In this document: in pieces, positions 1-12,164 of the stretch
Layout of the letters: every line of letters begins with the position of its first letter
How positions within the stretch are numbered: position 1 is the first letter of the stretch
Assembly: GCF_000143415.4 (NCBI RefSeq)
Contig: NW_003314388.1
Span: forward strand, 310,001-374,000
Length of the DNA stretch: 64,000 nucleotides
DNA from: Selaginella moellendorffii
Lineage: Eukaryota > Plantae > Lycopodiophyta
Direction of reading: 5' to 3'
Notes under the pieces: generated by a model
What the model was told of the DNA's origin: nothing
Databases searched by the model: none
The model's input: only the letters and a program-made list of their open reading frames with translations
Translations under genes and position numbers: made by a program

Positions 1-263
1 GAGGCATAGTGCATGGCAAGCGAGTATCGTCCCTCCATGGTGTAGTATATCGCGTGTCTACTCATCTCGTCCCTCCATAACTTCTGAGGATCATTTTCAA
101 ACTCGTGCCCGGGCTTTCAGGGGACGGGGCAGTGAAAAGCGGGTTTAAACGCCGCTCTCCTCTGACCGTGATCTTCCAGTGCCGCACAAATCTGGGGAGG
201 AGGAAGCTGCTCTTGAGTTTGCGTTTGGTCAAAATCGTCGGGAAGCTCCTCGATGACAACCAT
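1..263 (-). pseudogene. 5' end of an unknown gene running off the window, with one in-frame TGA
   Basis: ATG at 263 reads MVVIEELPDDFDQTQ...FHCPVP*KPGHEFENDPQKLWRDEMSRHAIYYTMEGRYSLAMHYA in one frame, with TGA at 119-117. Confidence 0.3.
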
Positions 264-1485
264 CGCTCAAAGATTGAAGAGAGCTCCCATGGTTTTAGAG
301 AGAAAAAGGTGGCGGGAGAAAAGGGTAAGGGTAAAAGGGACCATTGTCTCGTACGGACGGAGGAATGCTAGCTCAACACTGACACAATTCACATGCGAGG
401 AGCACTCACGCTGGCTGCCAAACTATTCCAGCTACAGGCGGAAGATCAAACAGTTCTTGGTGCCTTGCTGATTGATTGATTGATCCAGGGGCGAAAACGA
501 CGTTAATATCTATGGGCATGAGCTCAAGTAGCACTAAGAAAACATTTGGATCGCGGAAGCGAAAGAACAAAGCAAAAGGGACGGGAATAAAGAGAGTGGT
601 CCCGGGATCTATCACTGCTGACGATGTTGCTCGCCCGGAAATTCATATAAAACTACGAGATGGAGTACGAGCTTTGAATTGGAGCAAGCCCACCATGGAA
701 GTTTCAGCGGGTTTTGATTAGAACGAGCGATAAGAGTGGAGCTCCAATAGATTTCTATCTTGGAGGATATTTATTATTCTTTTCCCGGGAGTTGCATGAG
801 CGGCGAGATTGCTGCTAGGTGGAGTGACAGTTGCGACTTAGATTGTTTCCATTTGGAGGCTGGCAAGCTAAAAAAGAGATTTTTCTCTCTTGTTCTTCAA
901 GACCAAATTGGACGATTATGTCCGATAAAAACGAATCTCACCCTCGTCCTCGGGATAAGAGCCGAGAAATTCTTCGATCGCCTGATCTTCTTGCGTGGCT
1001 GGTTAAAACGCACGTGTGAATCTTGGAGCGTGAGCATGAGCTCCTGGGTTTCGTGTTCGTGTCGAGTGTTCCTGGTGAAACATCTCAGGGAATCTTCCAG
1101 ATCGTGGTGGCCTGCTGCCGCTGCGGTTGGAGGGCGATTGTGATTGATGCTTGGATGGATGGATGGATGGATGCATGATCTCCGGATCCAACTGAATTGG
1201 AATTGAGGCAGCGCCTGCTTGAACGAGAGGCAGAGCTCCCGAGTTTCTAGGCGTGACTCCAGAGTGGAAGCTGGAGTGTTTGCATCCAAGCGGGTTTTGA
1301 GGAGTTGTTATTGGATCAGTGTTCTTGCTGAGATGGGCTCTTTCATCAACCATCCCTGGCCTGGGTGAAGTGATGTGAAGGTGACAACTCTCGGAGATTG
1401 TTAAAGCTTCTTCGTTTTTTTTTCTTCTCCTCTGTTTGCTTTCTTTTTGGAAGTAGCAAGCAGCTCCTTTTTGACTATATAATCT

Positions 1486-1488
<3 letters not shown>

Positions 1489-1529
<41 letters not shown>
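1489..1529 (+). repeat. (TC)n microsatellite in the 5' leader of the kinase gene
   Basis: About 20 TC units ending about 40 bp before the ATG at 1570. CT/GA repeats are common in plant 5' UTRs. Confidence 0.9.
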
Positions 1530-1531
<2 letters not shown>

Positions 1532-1569
1532 ACTTCTTTCCAGTCTTCTTCTTCCTTTGGAGAGGATCC

Positions 1570-3717
1570 ATGGAGATTGAATCGGCTGGACAGCCTAGGC
1601 AGACGCTTAAGCAGATGCTGCTGGACGCCAGCAATTTCTCGTCCCCTCGCGCGGTGCTCGACGCCCCTTTCGACCACAATTGCAGCAGCGGCAGCGAATC
1701 CTACTACGCCTACGCCGACACAATGAGCATCCGCACAGGCTTCCTCCATGATCACCATCGACACCACCACCACCACCACCACCACCACCACTTCCATGAT
1801 CTTCTCGACGAGCGCCTGAATTCCCACTCAAACACATCGCCCTCGAGCAGCGGCAGCGAGGACAGCAATCACAGCGCCCGCTGCTTCACCGTGTTCCGCC
1901 GGCTGGGCACATTTCCCAGCGATCGACGGAGCTCCCGCAAGCTCCGCACGTCGAGCTTCAAGCTCATGAGCAAAGTCGCGCCGCTGGCGGTCGAATCCAA
2001 GAAGCTAAAAGGGGCCAAATGGAAGCAATTCCGATACGGCGAGATCGAGTCCGCGACAGGCTGCTTCAATCCAGGTAAAAGATCACGAAAAATCCAAGAA
2101 AAAGTTCTCTCTTGTTTCTCTCCTGTTCTTGACTGTTCTTTGGAAGTCTTTGATTGATCGTGGCTAATTGCAGAGAATTTGATCGGCAAAGGTGGCTACG
2201 CGGATGTTTACAAGGGATGCCTGCCAAGTGGCGAGCTGGTGGCCGTCAAGCGCCTCACAAGGGGCGGGAAAGAGGAGCAGGGCACGAGTTTTCTCACGGA
2301 GCTGGGCGTCTTGGGCCATGTTTCTCACCCAAACGCCACGCCCTTGCTAGGGTTTTGCGTCGATGGCGGCCTCTTCCTCGTGTTCCACTTCTTCCCCCAT
2401 GGAAGCCTCGCCGCAATGCTGCACGGTAAGCGCCTCTCTTCCGGCTATGGCCGATCGATCCATCCATTTCTTGTTTGATTCTTGCTGTTCTTGGTCCTTG
2501 ATCGATTAGATTTTCCTTGCTTGCGCGCATTGTCGATCGATCGATTGATCCTTGATTCTTGACTCCTTCGTTTGTGTTTGTTATGGATGGAGCTGGTCTG
2601 GTTGGTTCTTGGATTTATCAATTCTTCTTCTCCGTTGGCAGCGTTGGACTTTTGTGGATCCAACTGGAATCAAGGTGGAACTTATCTTTGATCTTTAAAT
2701 CTTTTCAAGGTTCTCGGCTCATGGAGTGGCCCGCACGCTTTAAGGCCGCGATCGGGACAGCCAGAGGTCTTCACTACTTGCACTCGAATTGTCGGCGCAG
2801 GATCATCCATCGGGATATCAAGTCATCCAACATTTTGCTCGGGTCAGACTTTGAGCCGCAGGTACTTCACAATTCACTCTGTTCTTTTGTTCTCTTTTTC
2901 TCTTCTCTTCGTCTGTAGTTGACCTCCTTTTCTTTAATCGATCTAGATAACTGATTTTGGCCTGGCGAAATGGCTGCCATCGGAATGGACTCACCATACG
3001 GTTCCAGTGGAAGGGACTTTCGGGTAAAGAGATTCTCCTTCTTTCTCCGTAAGAATGAATGAGCAGCAGGAGTTTCTTCTTTTCTCTTCTTGTAGATATC
3101 TCGCTCCGGAGTACTTCTTGCACGGCATTGTCGACGAAAAGACGGACGTGTTCGCGTTTGGAGTGCTGCTCTTGGAGCTCGTCACCGGTCTAAGACCCAT
3201 TGATAGCACTCAGAAAAGCCTAGTCATGAAGGTATGCCTTTGAAGTTCCGTCCATTCGGTATTGGTGTGGTCAAGTCTGGCGAGAAAAGTTTTGGATGAA
3301 TGAATGACAATTCACGCAGGTGAGACCGCTGCTTGAATCAGCTAACATTCAACAGCTCGTGGACGGTCGCCTCAAAGGTGCCTACAACTTAAGCGAGGTG
3401 CAAAAGACCATTCTTGCGGCACGGCTTTGCATACGACAGTCTGCGATAGCACGTCCGTGCATGGCAGACGTAAGCTCTTATACATTATCTCCCGGTTTTG
3501 ACTTGTCCATCCTTAAAATACTTTACTTGATTTCTTTCTCCAGGTCGTGAAGCTTTTGGTCGAAGGAAGGCCAGACCTCAATCTCTCGACTCAATCCCAC
3601 TCTCTGTGGGACAAATTCGACGCGGACGACGAGTTCGCGTTAAGTTTCCAGGGCAAAGACATGAGCAAGTACAAGGCTCTGGCTTTTGATTCTAGCGAGA
3701 GCCCGGATCTTGTATGA
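1570..3717 (+). CDS. Receptor-like cytoplasmic Ser/Thr kinase (RLCK VI / RBK-like), 7 exons: 1570-2074, 2174-2425, 2710-2861, 2947-3023, 3096-3231, 3320-3469, 3544-3717
   Basis: GT-AG introns splice in frame. Motifs are [61 protein letters not shown]. No signal peptide or TM segment is visible. Confidence 0.92.
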
Positions 3718-4392
3718 GACCAGTTCTTGTTTTGGTTTTTGGATGCAAAGTAAAACATTCTTCGTGCAAGCTGGCCCGTAAATCTTAACTCCAAGAAGCA
3801 AGTTTTTTGTAAGCTTTGGTACCAGATAGAATGCAAATTCCCGTAGTAAGCGATCTTTTACGCAAGAAAAACCATCTATCGTTCAGTACTGTAAGTAACG
3901 AGTAACGTAAGTTTCTTAAGAAAACATTGCTTTAGGGCAACCGATCTTTCTCCTCCGCCCTTAAAGCTCTGAGGAGTCAAGCCTTCGTCCAGCAGCTTTA
4001 GTATGCAATGCAGCATCTAAAAATCCTCGTTATAATCAAGAACTAAATTCATATCCCAAAGTACTAGCACTCGAAGTACTACAGTTCCATGTAAATCTTG
4101 AGCTCTGCTGATCAATTAAAAAGAGCGCGTGATCACTTCACTGGCGAGAGCTGGAGCTGTAGCGATGCTCGGTTACTCGCCTGACGCAACATTATCAGCC
4201 ACGTCATCACTGGCTCCCACCTTGAAGCGGGCGCGCTCATACAATCACTTCTCTCACAAGCTTTTACATATCGAAGGAGGCGCAGTCTTTAGGGTGCCAA
4301 GTAAGTTTTAGAATATGCTTGGTGTCCACTGAAATGCTCCACTCTTATACTTTTAACGAGACAGTACCACGAGACATTCTTTGTTTCTCTCG

Positions 4393-5931
4393 ATGCTTTG
4401 GTCGAACTCGTTGGAGCTCGGAGGTTTGAAAAGCAAAAACCTTCACTCGTGGGCTCTCGTGGTCTCGTCCCTCATCAAAAGCGGAGACATAAAGGCCGCA
4501 AAGTCGGTCTTTGATTCCATGCCCGGGTGGAATGTCGTGGTGTGGAATATGCTCCTTTGCGCATATGCCCGCCGTGGGCATATACTGGAATGTACAAACA
4601 TCTTCAGTCTTATGGCAGAAAGGAACATCATTTCCTGGAATGCCTTGCTTCTCCTTTATAGAACCACTGGCGAAATTGATCAATCGAAGGTGATATTTCA
4701 GAACATGCCAGAGCATAACGTAGTATCATGGACAATTTTGCTATCGGCATATGCCCGATTATGGGATCTGGAGAGTGCGAGACATGTTTTTGATTCCATG
4801 CCCGAGAGGTCTCTCGTCTCCTGGACGGCGATGCTCGAATGTTATGTCCAGAGGGACGAGATGGAACTAGCGAGAAAGGTTTTTGACGACATGCCCGAGC
4901 GTGATCTCTTCTCGTGGACGTCCATTCTCTGCGGGTACGCGAAGCTGGGAGATGCCCGCGCCGCGAGAGAGCTCTTGGATCGAATGCCCCTGGGAGACGT
5001 CGTCTCGTGGAGCTGCGTGATCGAGGCACTCGTGAGGGACTCTCAGATTTCTAGAGCTCGCGAGATCTTCGACAGTCTCCCGGTGTGTGATCTTCATTGC
5101 TCCAATGTGATGCTTGCAGCGTATGCCCAAAGAGGAGATCTAGAGGAGGCGAAAGCATTGTTTGATCGCATCCTTTTGAGAAACTGTTTCACTTGCACTT
5201 CTATGCTAGATGCATTTTCTAAGTCTGGAAGAACCATTGAAGCGAAGACTTTTTTTGATAATTTTATGCCTGAGTGGAGCTTAGTTTCCTGGAACACCAT
5301 GCTTTCAGCATTTGCCTTGAGTGGTCATTCGGAGGACGGACAAAGGTTCTTCGATTCGATGCCGGAGAAAACGTTGGCCTCCTGGAATTCTCTACTGGAT
5401 GCTTACACTCATGCTGGGAACGTTTCGGCTGCTAAAGAGATCTTTGATAGAATGCTAGAGCGGGATAAATTCTCGTGGAACTCACTGCTCACTGCGTTCT
5501 CCCAAAATAACTACGTGGATGAGAGCAAAGAACTGTTTAACAGCATGAAGATCGTTGAATCACCAGACCAGGTATCATTCCTGTCAATCCTCCACACTTG
5601 CAGCCACACCGGAAATCTCAGCGATGGAAGATCACACTTCGGGTCAATGAGTCTGGATTTCAGCTTGGAGCCCACCAAGCACCACTTTTGCTGCATGATC
5701 GATCTGCTCGCAAGATCCGGTTACCTGCACCAAGCGTGGCATCTGCTGGAAACCACGAATTCTACCAGTGAAGCCGGCTGGACGAGTTTTCTGGGAGCAT
5801 GTCGAAACTTCCGCAATCCTGGGCTGGCTAAGCTCGCCACAGGCTCCATTCTCAACATGAATGTAGGCAACAGGGCAGCTTACGATTTGTACTTAAGTGT
5901 GTTGTCTCAAAAAAACAAAAATATAATTTGA
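4393..5931 (+). CDS. PLS-class pentatricopeptide repeat protein with partial E-type extension, no DYW
   Basis: Intronless ORF with about 13 short repeats (A..VFD.MPER..VSW..ML..YA). It ends with FLSILHTCSHTG...HFCCMIDLLARSG...WTSFLGACR. First ATG is at 4393. Confidence 0.88.
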   Translation: MLWSNSLELGGLKSKNLHSWALVVSSLIKSGDIKAAKSVFDSMPGWNVVVWNMLLCAYARRGHILECTNIFSLMAERNIISWNALLLLYRTTGEIDQSKVIFQNMPEHNVVSWTILLSAYARLWDLESARHVFDSMPERSLVSWTAMLECYVQRDEMELARKVFDDMPERDLFSWTSILCGYAKLGDARAARELLDRMPLGDVVSWSCVIEALVRDSQISRAREIFDSLPVCDLHCSNVMLAAYAQRGDLEEAKALFDRILLRNCFTCTSMLDAFSKSGRTIEAKTFFDNFMPEWSLVSWNTMLSAFALSGHSEDGQRFFDSMPEKTLASWNSLLDAYTHAGNVSAAKEIFDRMLERDKFSWNSLLTAFSQNNYVDESKELFNSMKIVESPDQVSFLSILHTCSHTGNLSDGRSHFGSMSLDFSLEPTKHHFCCMIDLLARSGYLHQAWHLLETTNSTSEAGWTSFLGACRNFRNPGLAKLATGSILNMNVGNRAAYDLYLSVLSQKNKNII

Positions 5932-6207
5932 ATAATTAAATATGCCACGTGGTTCTATACTATTATTATTTTTACAAGTATACCATTCATGCATTTTAGG
6001 GTTTATGGCATTTTCGCATTTTCGTTGGGGTTTTGCTCGGGAGGAGTTGGCGGTCCAGGTTAGAACGATTGCCAATCTTGTTTGCGCAATAGCTGACGAG
6101 AAAGGTGGCAATCCCACTCGCAGTGCACGCCTTTTGGAGCGGTTTATCCTCGGCGACCACATCCCAGGCGACGTGCTACGTACCACAAATGGCTGTGAGC
6201 CAATTCC

Positions 6208-7526
6208 GTGTGCGTGAATCCCACCGCCGACTTCGAGAACAAGCACAAGGTGGAGGTTTCTCTGCCCCTGTTCGTGATCAAACAAGGTACTGGCTTTCCA
6301 GACACCGACATTGAGGACAGCGGACCTCTGCTTGTGAGGGATCACTATAGCACCTTCTTGGCGATGATCCGGGACAGATTCTACTGCATACTCAGCCGCC
6401 GCTGCTGCAAGGTGGTCGGCCCATGAGGCATGTTATCATAGCAGGAAGCTCAGGAACTGGTAAGAGGACGCTATCTCTTGTGCGAGCTTCGTCATGCCGC
6501 GTTTAGGGACTGGAAGATCATCTGGGAAGATTCTGCTCCACAGGTTGAAACGAGCCCGAGTTACTTCTTTCGGGGGAGTGAAGTCGGGAGTGAAGTTCGG
6601 AAAGGGATGGTCGGGGATTTCGATCATCTGGCTGACCGGGAGAAGACGGTGTTTCTGGTGAACGGCCGTCTCTCAGGCCTGTACACAAGCTGAGCAAGGT
6701 GGTCGTGTTCTCGTCGGACTGGGATGAAAAACCATACACCAAGCGGTTCCTCAAGGACACACGGACGCTGGTTCTCTACATGCCAACATGGGATCTTTGC
6801 GAGGTTGCGCTCTTGTCCGCGTCCAGGGGGGTGCTGCGAACCCCTAGAGACTTCGAAGCCGTGGTGGCTCGCACGCGCGGTAGTGACAAGTTCGATTGCG
6901 CGGACTACAACCCGAGGCTCTAGACGACGCCAGAAGTGCCAGCGACCTAGATATCGTGAGAGCTCGTGGACAGGATACCTCTTCCATTTCGAAGTGCTCG
7001 ACTCAACGTACACGACTGCTGCAGTCACGTATGCGTCTCCGTATGTGAAAGCGAGGCTAGAAGCGGAACGGGTGCTCATGACCGGCATCAAAGAAGATAT
7101 CAGATTATCGAGAGGAAGAAGCGGATACCCCAGGAAGCGGCCATGGTGCGAGTACCTATGAACATCTGGTGCACTCTCTAGTGACGGCAGGCACCATGGC
7201 GGAGTGTAGTGTGCTTGGGCTTTGGTTCCGAACTGTCACGCTTCCTCAAGCTCAAGGATGTCAAGGGCGACTGCCCAGGATACTACGTCCCCGTTTACTG
7301 GCCGTGCCCGTGCTACGACTCGCTTGCGGTTCTTCCGGGTGGCGAATGCTGGCTGCTGCGGATAACACGAAATGTGGAGCAGGATGCCCTGTTCGGCTAC
7401 GTTGATGCAGCGATCCAGCGTTTCAAAGCTGTGAGGTTCCTGTACGTGGTGCCGGAGGAGCTTTTCGCTTCGTACCCGTACCAGAAGCTCATGTGGGGCA
7501 AGCAGGAGAGGAATTGGCCTAGTTAG
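6208..7526 (+). pseudogene. Frameshifted Crinkler/RHS-type P-loop NTPase + restriction-endonuclease-fold gene
   Basis: Ordered motifs across frames: LLVRDHY; HVIIAGSSGTGKR (Walker A, about 6444-6464); TVFLVNG (Walker B position); VVFSS...LYMPTWDLCEV; TYASPYV; YYVP...YDSL...LLRIT...FLYVVPEELF..YPYQ. Confidence 0.65.
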
Positions 7527-8065
7527 CGTGGCCGGCATTCCAGACACGGCGTTTTGGGGGCTGTTGAGCGAGCAATCTTCCAAGCGCCTGAGAACTGCTT
7601 GTTAAAAGCTTGCAAACCGGTTTTAATTTCATGGAAAGCCACGAGTTCGATTTCATATTCCAACGTGGTGAATATGCTGGGCAGCCCCATGTATACGCTA
7701 CCATCTCAGTTGGTTTTCTTTTTTTTTCAAAAATCGATTGTTATGCGATCTTTTTCTGGCGAGACATGATGCCTCACATTCTTGAGGGGGGATAGCATTC
7801 TATCAAAGATCTCTTGCTGCGGCATACCGCGACTGCCTCACATTCTTCTGATGATGCTGCGTTAAGAGCGCTATAATATCATAAATTCAAGTGGTTCTTG
7901 TTGAAAAAAATTTGCTTCTTGCTGTTGAGATTCGCGGGCCAGCTTTGGGGGGCTGGGAACTTAACGCTATCCTCTAGACCCCGATCAAGTTGGCCATAAA
8001 GACTTAGCCTGGAAAGCCACACCGTCTAAGTCCGCCAAAGCGATCAAGGGTCAGCGGCCCCATTT

Positions 8066-8126
8066 GGTGCGTCGCGGAGAGCAAAGCTCTTGCTACATGT
8101 CCCAGGAGCATTCCCACCTGGAAGAC
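8066..8126 (-). pseudogene. Fragment of the last exon of the DEAD-box helicase
   Basis: ggtgcgtcgcggagagcaaagctctt...cacctggaaga matches about 16170-16233. Confidence 0.75.
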
Positions 8127-8148
8127 GAGGCAGTGAGCTTCCGGTGCA

Positions 8149-9600
8149 GTGGCTGAGGTCGAAGCTAATCGAAAATATGAAAGGGAACGTGCTACAAAAA
8201 ACGAAGTAGCTCGCCATTGCGAGATTGGTCTCGACCGAAGCCAGTATCAACATGGCAAGCGCTCTCTTGTTCAAGGCTCGCCTCTAAGCAGGATGCGCAG
8301 CAAGCTACATTCGCTGGTGGAATCTCTTCCTACCGGGACCTCTGTGCCGCTGTTGGTATTTTCAAGTGGCTTTGGATCGAACGAAGGCGATCTCAACAGA
8401 AGGCCGCCACCAGAAGAAGAGTTGCGCTGCTGCTTCAGCTACACAGATTGGACGGCGACAAGATCAGCAGCTGGATAGTTTTATCGACCACTGCGGGTTC
8501 TACTGCAGTGAGACTCTAGCCAGGGGTATTGAGTGGCTCGCGACTTTAGCGCCAGCTCAGCCAGATGGATCTCCGCGACTTGGTGGCAGAAAAGCTCTAC
8601 TCTACGTTAAACTCGTCACGGGAAGAAACCAAAGCCAACGTAGCAGTCTTCAACAAAGCGCTCCAGGACACTACAGCGGAGGTGACAAACGCTGTCAGTA
8701 CGAGTCCCAGTCACTGGCCTCCTCCCGACCTTTTGACTTTGCCGGAAGCTTGATATAAGAATCGGGACACTCTTCCCGCAGGCTGGAACAGCTTTGCGAC
8801 TTTGCAGCCAATTCGCTGGAGCTCTGCCGACTTCCTCCCTTTCCTTGCCTTTAGCAACCGCGTTCGCTCTAGCTCTCTCACCATTGTCGGTGGAGGCAAT
8901 CCTCGACTGCGTGAGAGCTCAATACAAATCTCTACTGGCTCCGCTGGAAGTGTACCTGAGCAAGCTCGGCTACCAAGAACCGGAGGCTAACCGTGTCGCA
9001 GCCAGCATTTTGGATGGAGCTGGCTCCCGGATCCTGGCGAACTGGCGTCGGGTGTTCCGGAGCATTTTCTGGACGAAGCTGATGCGTCTGAACAGCGAGC
9101 CTCTCCCAACGGTTTATCTCTTGCGCGAGATGTCCTTTCACAGAGACGAGGTAGGGGACTTCGAAAAGAGTCTCGTGTTTGCGTCTTGGCTCCAAGGTGG
9201 CGACGTCCCCGAGTCGATCCAGGAAAAGATTGTGAGTTTTGTGGAACCGGCAGTACACCAAGGAGACCGCGTGGTACTGCGCCAGAGGACGTGATGCTCA
9301 GGCACGAGCTCGAGTACCTGAGAAGCGGAGATGAGCTCGAGCTTTTGAGTCTACTCCCGAAGGCCAGGGACGAAGAAGAGGCAGTGCTACCTCAGACGGA
9401 ACCGACGAGCTAGTGGCCAGAAGGCTGGATGAAAACACTCAGGCAGCAGCGACTGGACTGGAAGAAATTCCTCGGCCGTGGACAGAGGACACGAAGCTGC
9501 TCGTGCTCATGCCAGAGGGGATCGGCTTGGAAGTTTTGGAAGTGACGAGCCCGAGGTCTTCAAGCTCGGACAGCTACAAGAGCTCTTGAGTAGACACTCG
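8149..9600 (+). pseudogene. Disrupted coding-like region of unknown family
   Basis: A chain of GC-rich, protein-like ORFs in shifting frames (8565-8753, 8794-9294, 9186-9413). No family recognised. Confidence 0.3.
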
Positions 9601-9979
9601 TCTCTGGGAAGCTTACAAGTTACTTTGGCGTTTTTTGACATAACTACTCGACAAATGTTTGCAACTTTGTAAATGTATTCATTTCTTTTCAAGGAAACCA
9701 CAGAGTGCTTTGTGTAGATTGTCTCGTTTTGCCACTGCCAAAGCGTACACTTCCTTCTACCCATCGTTAGCTGGCCCTGGAACGTTGTTCTGCAATCTCA
9801 TGGCGTTGCAAAAACAAAAGGAAGTTAGACAAACCATAAAGAAAACTAAAGAGAACATAGACCTGGGGTTGAAGCCTCTTAGTTCGTTGAACAAACATTT
9901 AGGTTAGAACAAGCAGCTCATGAACCTGTTAAACTTCGACTTCCATATCGTTAGACAGCCAGAGTTTTCATGATCGTTG

Positions 9980-11258
9980 TTTTCATTGAGGTTGGACCAT
10001 TGTCATGTACGTCTTCAACTGGATTGAAGTTCTGGAGATTGCAAATGCCCAACGTTGTTTCTCAGCTCGCAGGTCTTGCGTTGAGCACAGCAGCAACATT
10101 GCTGAAAATCTTTCCAAAATGTTGACACAGATTCTCTCCAATCTCGTAGCATTTTACAGCGTTTTTTAGTTCTTATCGTGGTTGAGCAGCACCAACATGT
10201 CACTTGTCTTTTTCATGACAAGAAATTAGAACAAATTGAAACACACACAAACCTGACAACATGAAGCTAAGTATGTCAACTTCCAACGATCGTTGGTTTT
10301 ATTAAGTTTCCCTTCGAGTTGAGAGTTCCTTGGACCGTTGTTTGCACTTAGCTTGTTTGCGTTGTTTGATCGAGCATATCAGTTTAACTTGGACTGTGTC
10401 ACTGGCTCCCTTTTGTTGCGTTGAGCATAGCATCGAAAAGAAAGAGCGTCTTCAAACGTTGAGAGTTTCAACACGAATTCTTGATCGCCTCTAGCCTCTC
10501 TTTATCGTTGATCATAGAGAATACATCTTAACTCGTTGCAAGCAGCTTCGCTTTCTTGTCTCCAGCAAACCTCTCTTGTTTCGTTGACTTACTCGCTTAT
10601 TGCTAACACAAAGAAAAGCCCTAAAAGAACTTACCTTGCGAGGTGAGTGGACTGAGCCGGTCAAGGATCAGCGACTGTTTTCATTGAGGTCGGACCACTG
10701 TCGTGTAGAACTTCAGCTGGATTTAAGTTCCGAAGATCACAGTTGTCGCAGATCTTGCGTTGAGCACAGCAACAACACAACTCAAAGCTCCAAAACGTTG
10801 ACACAAAATCTCTCCAATCTAGTAGCATTTTTCTTCTTGGAACACGCTGTGACATGGCGTTTTTCAGTTCTTATCGTCGTTGAGCAGCACCAGCATGTCA
10901 CTTGGCTTCTTCATGACAAGGAATTAGAACAAATCCAAACACACGCGAACCTGACAACGTGAAACTAAGTATCGTTGATCGCTAGTATTCACACAGCGTT
11001 GTCCACATCAGTGCGTTTCCCTTCGCGTTGAGAGTTCCTTGGCCCGTTGTCTTGCACTTTGCTTGTTTGAGTTGTTTGTTGTGTCACTGGCTCCCTTTTG
11101 CGTTGCAATCGAAAAGAGGTGTCTTCAAGCGTTGAGAGTTTCAACACGATTTCTTGATCGCCTCTAGCATAACTCTTAGGTCTTTCCAAATCTCTGTCTT
11201 ACTCGCTTGTTGCTAACGCAAAGAAAAGCCCTACCTAAACGAACTTACCTTGCGAGGG
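9980..11258. repeat. Diverged tandem duplication of about 0.6-0.7 kb
   Basis: About 9980-10642 aligns with about 10678-11257. Both begin tttcattgaggt(t/c)ggacca and end gaacttaccttgcgagg. Confidence 0.8.
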
Positions 11259-12164
11259 TGGAGAGAGGCGAAGCAGCCTACCTGGACAATGGGCAGAGTG
11301 GAAGGATCAGCGACCCCAACCCCAACCCGTCCGTTACATCCACCATCACTGCTCTAGCCCTTCATCAACGATGAACCCTAAACTTGAAAGTTCTTAATTA
11401 ATGAGCTACTTAATTACTCGATCTGATCTCGGCTTGGAACCAATAAAGCGGAGGAGTCCAATATCCGACTTCTAGTACTTCTTTCCGCGAGTGTTAATCT
11501 ATGTTTCTTGAGGGAAAGACGCTGGTATTTTTGGCTTCGGTTTACAAGCGCATAAACCGAAAACCACTACGAAGAGTTTCGTTTTCTTTCTTCCAACGTT
11601 GATGTTTGCATTGCGACACAGAGAGCCGAGACGAATAGCCGGGCTTCACAATTTCAAAAATCACCGGCCAAGAGACAAGACAAAAATCGCAAGCATCCTC
11701 GGTCTGAAGAGCAAGACGCAAGCCCATCGGGGAGCAAAGGAGCGAGGAGAGAGGAGCTGAGACTTCCGCGACGCTCTACGATGCGATGTGGGCAATATCC
11801 ATGGATGGAGGCCTCGCAACCCCAGCCGAGAAGCACATAGATGTGGGTGCAAGACAGCATGGTAGCTGAGAAAACGTAAGAACTCGTTCAGACGATTATG
11901 AAGAACAGGACCACTCTCCAAAAAAGCAGGAGATTTACTAGTCCTGGAGAGGTTTCGCTGGCTGAAGCTGAGGAGTTAGAAAGGAAAGAAGAAGAAGCTC
12001 GACTGAAAGAAGCTCGACAAGAAGAAAAGAGGATGAAGTTCGAGGAGGCAAGTACAGGACGTGCACGGCACTGGTTCCGGTTTGTATTGACTCAGATTTT
12101 TTCTTTTTCCTCCCGTCATCAATGATCCTTGGCTTGCAGATCCAACACGGACGAAAGTAACTTT

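Noticed and set aside
117-119. Selenocysteine or stop read-through
   Set aside because: Land plants are not known to use Sec, and a point mutation is simpler.
1003-1827. 274-aa minus-strand ORF with poly-V and ER repeats
   Set aside because: It is the antisense reading of the CAC and TC microsatellites of the kinase gene.
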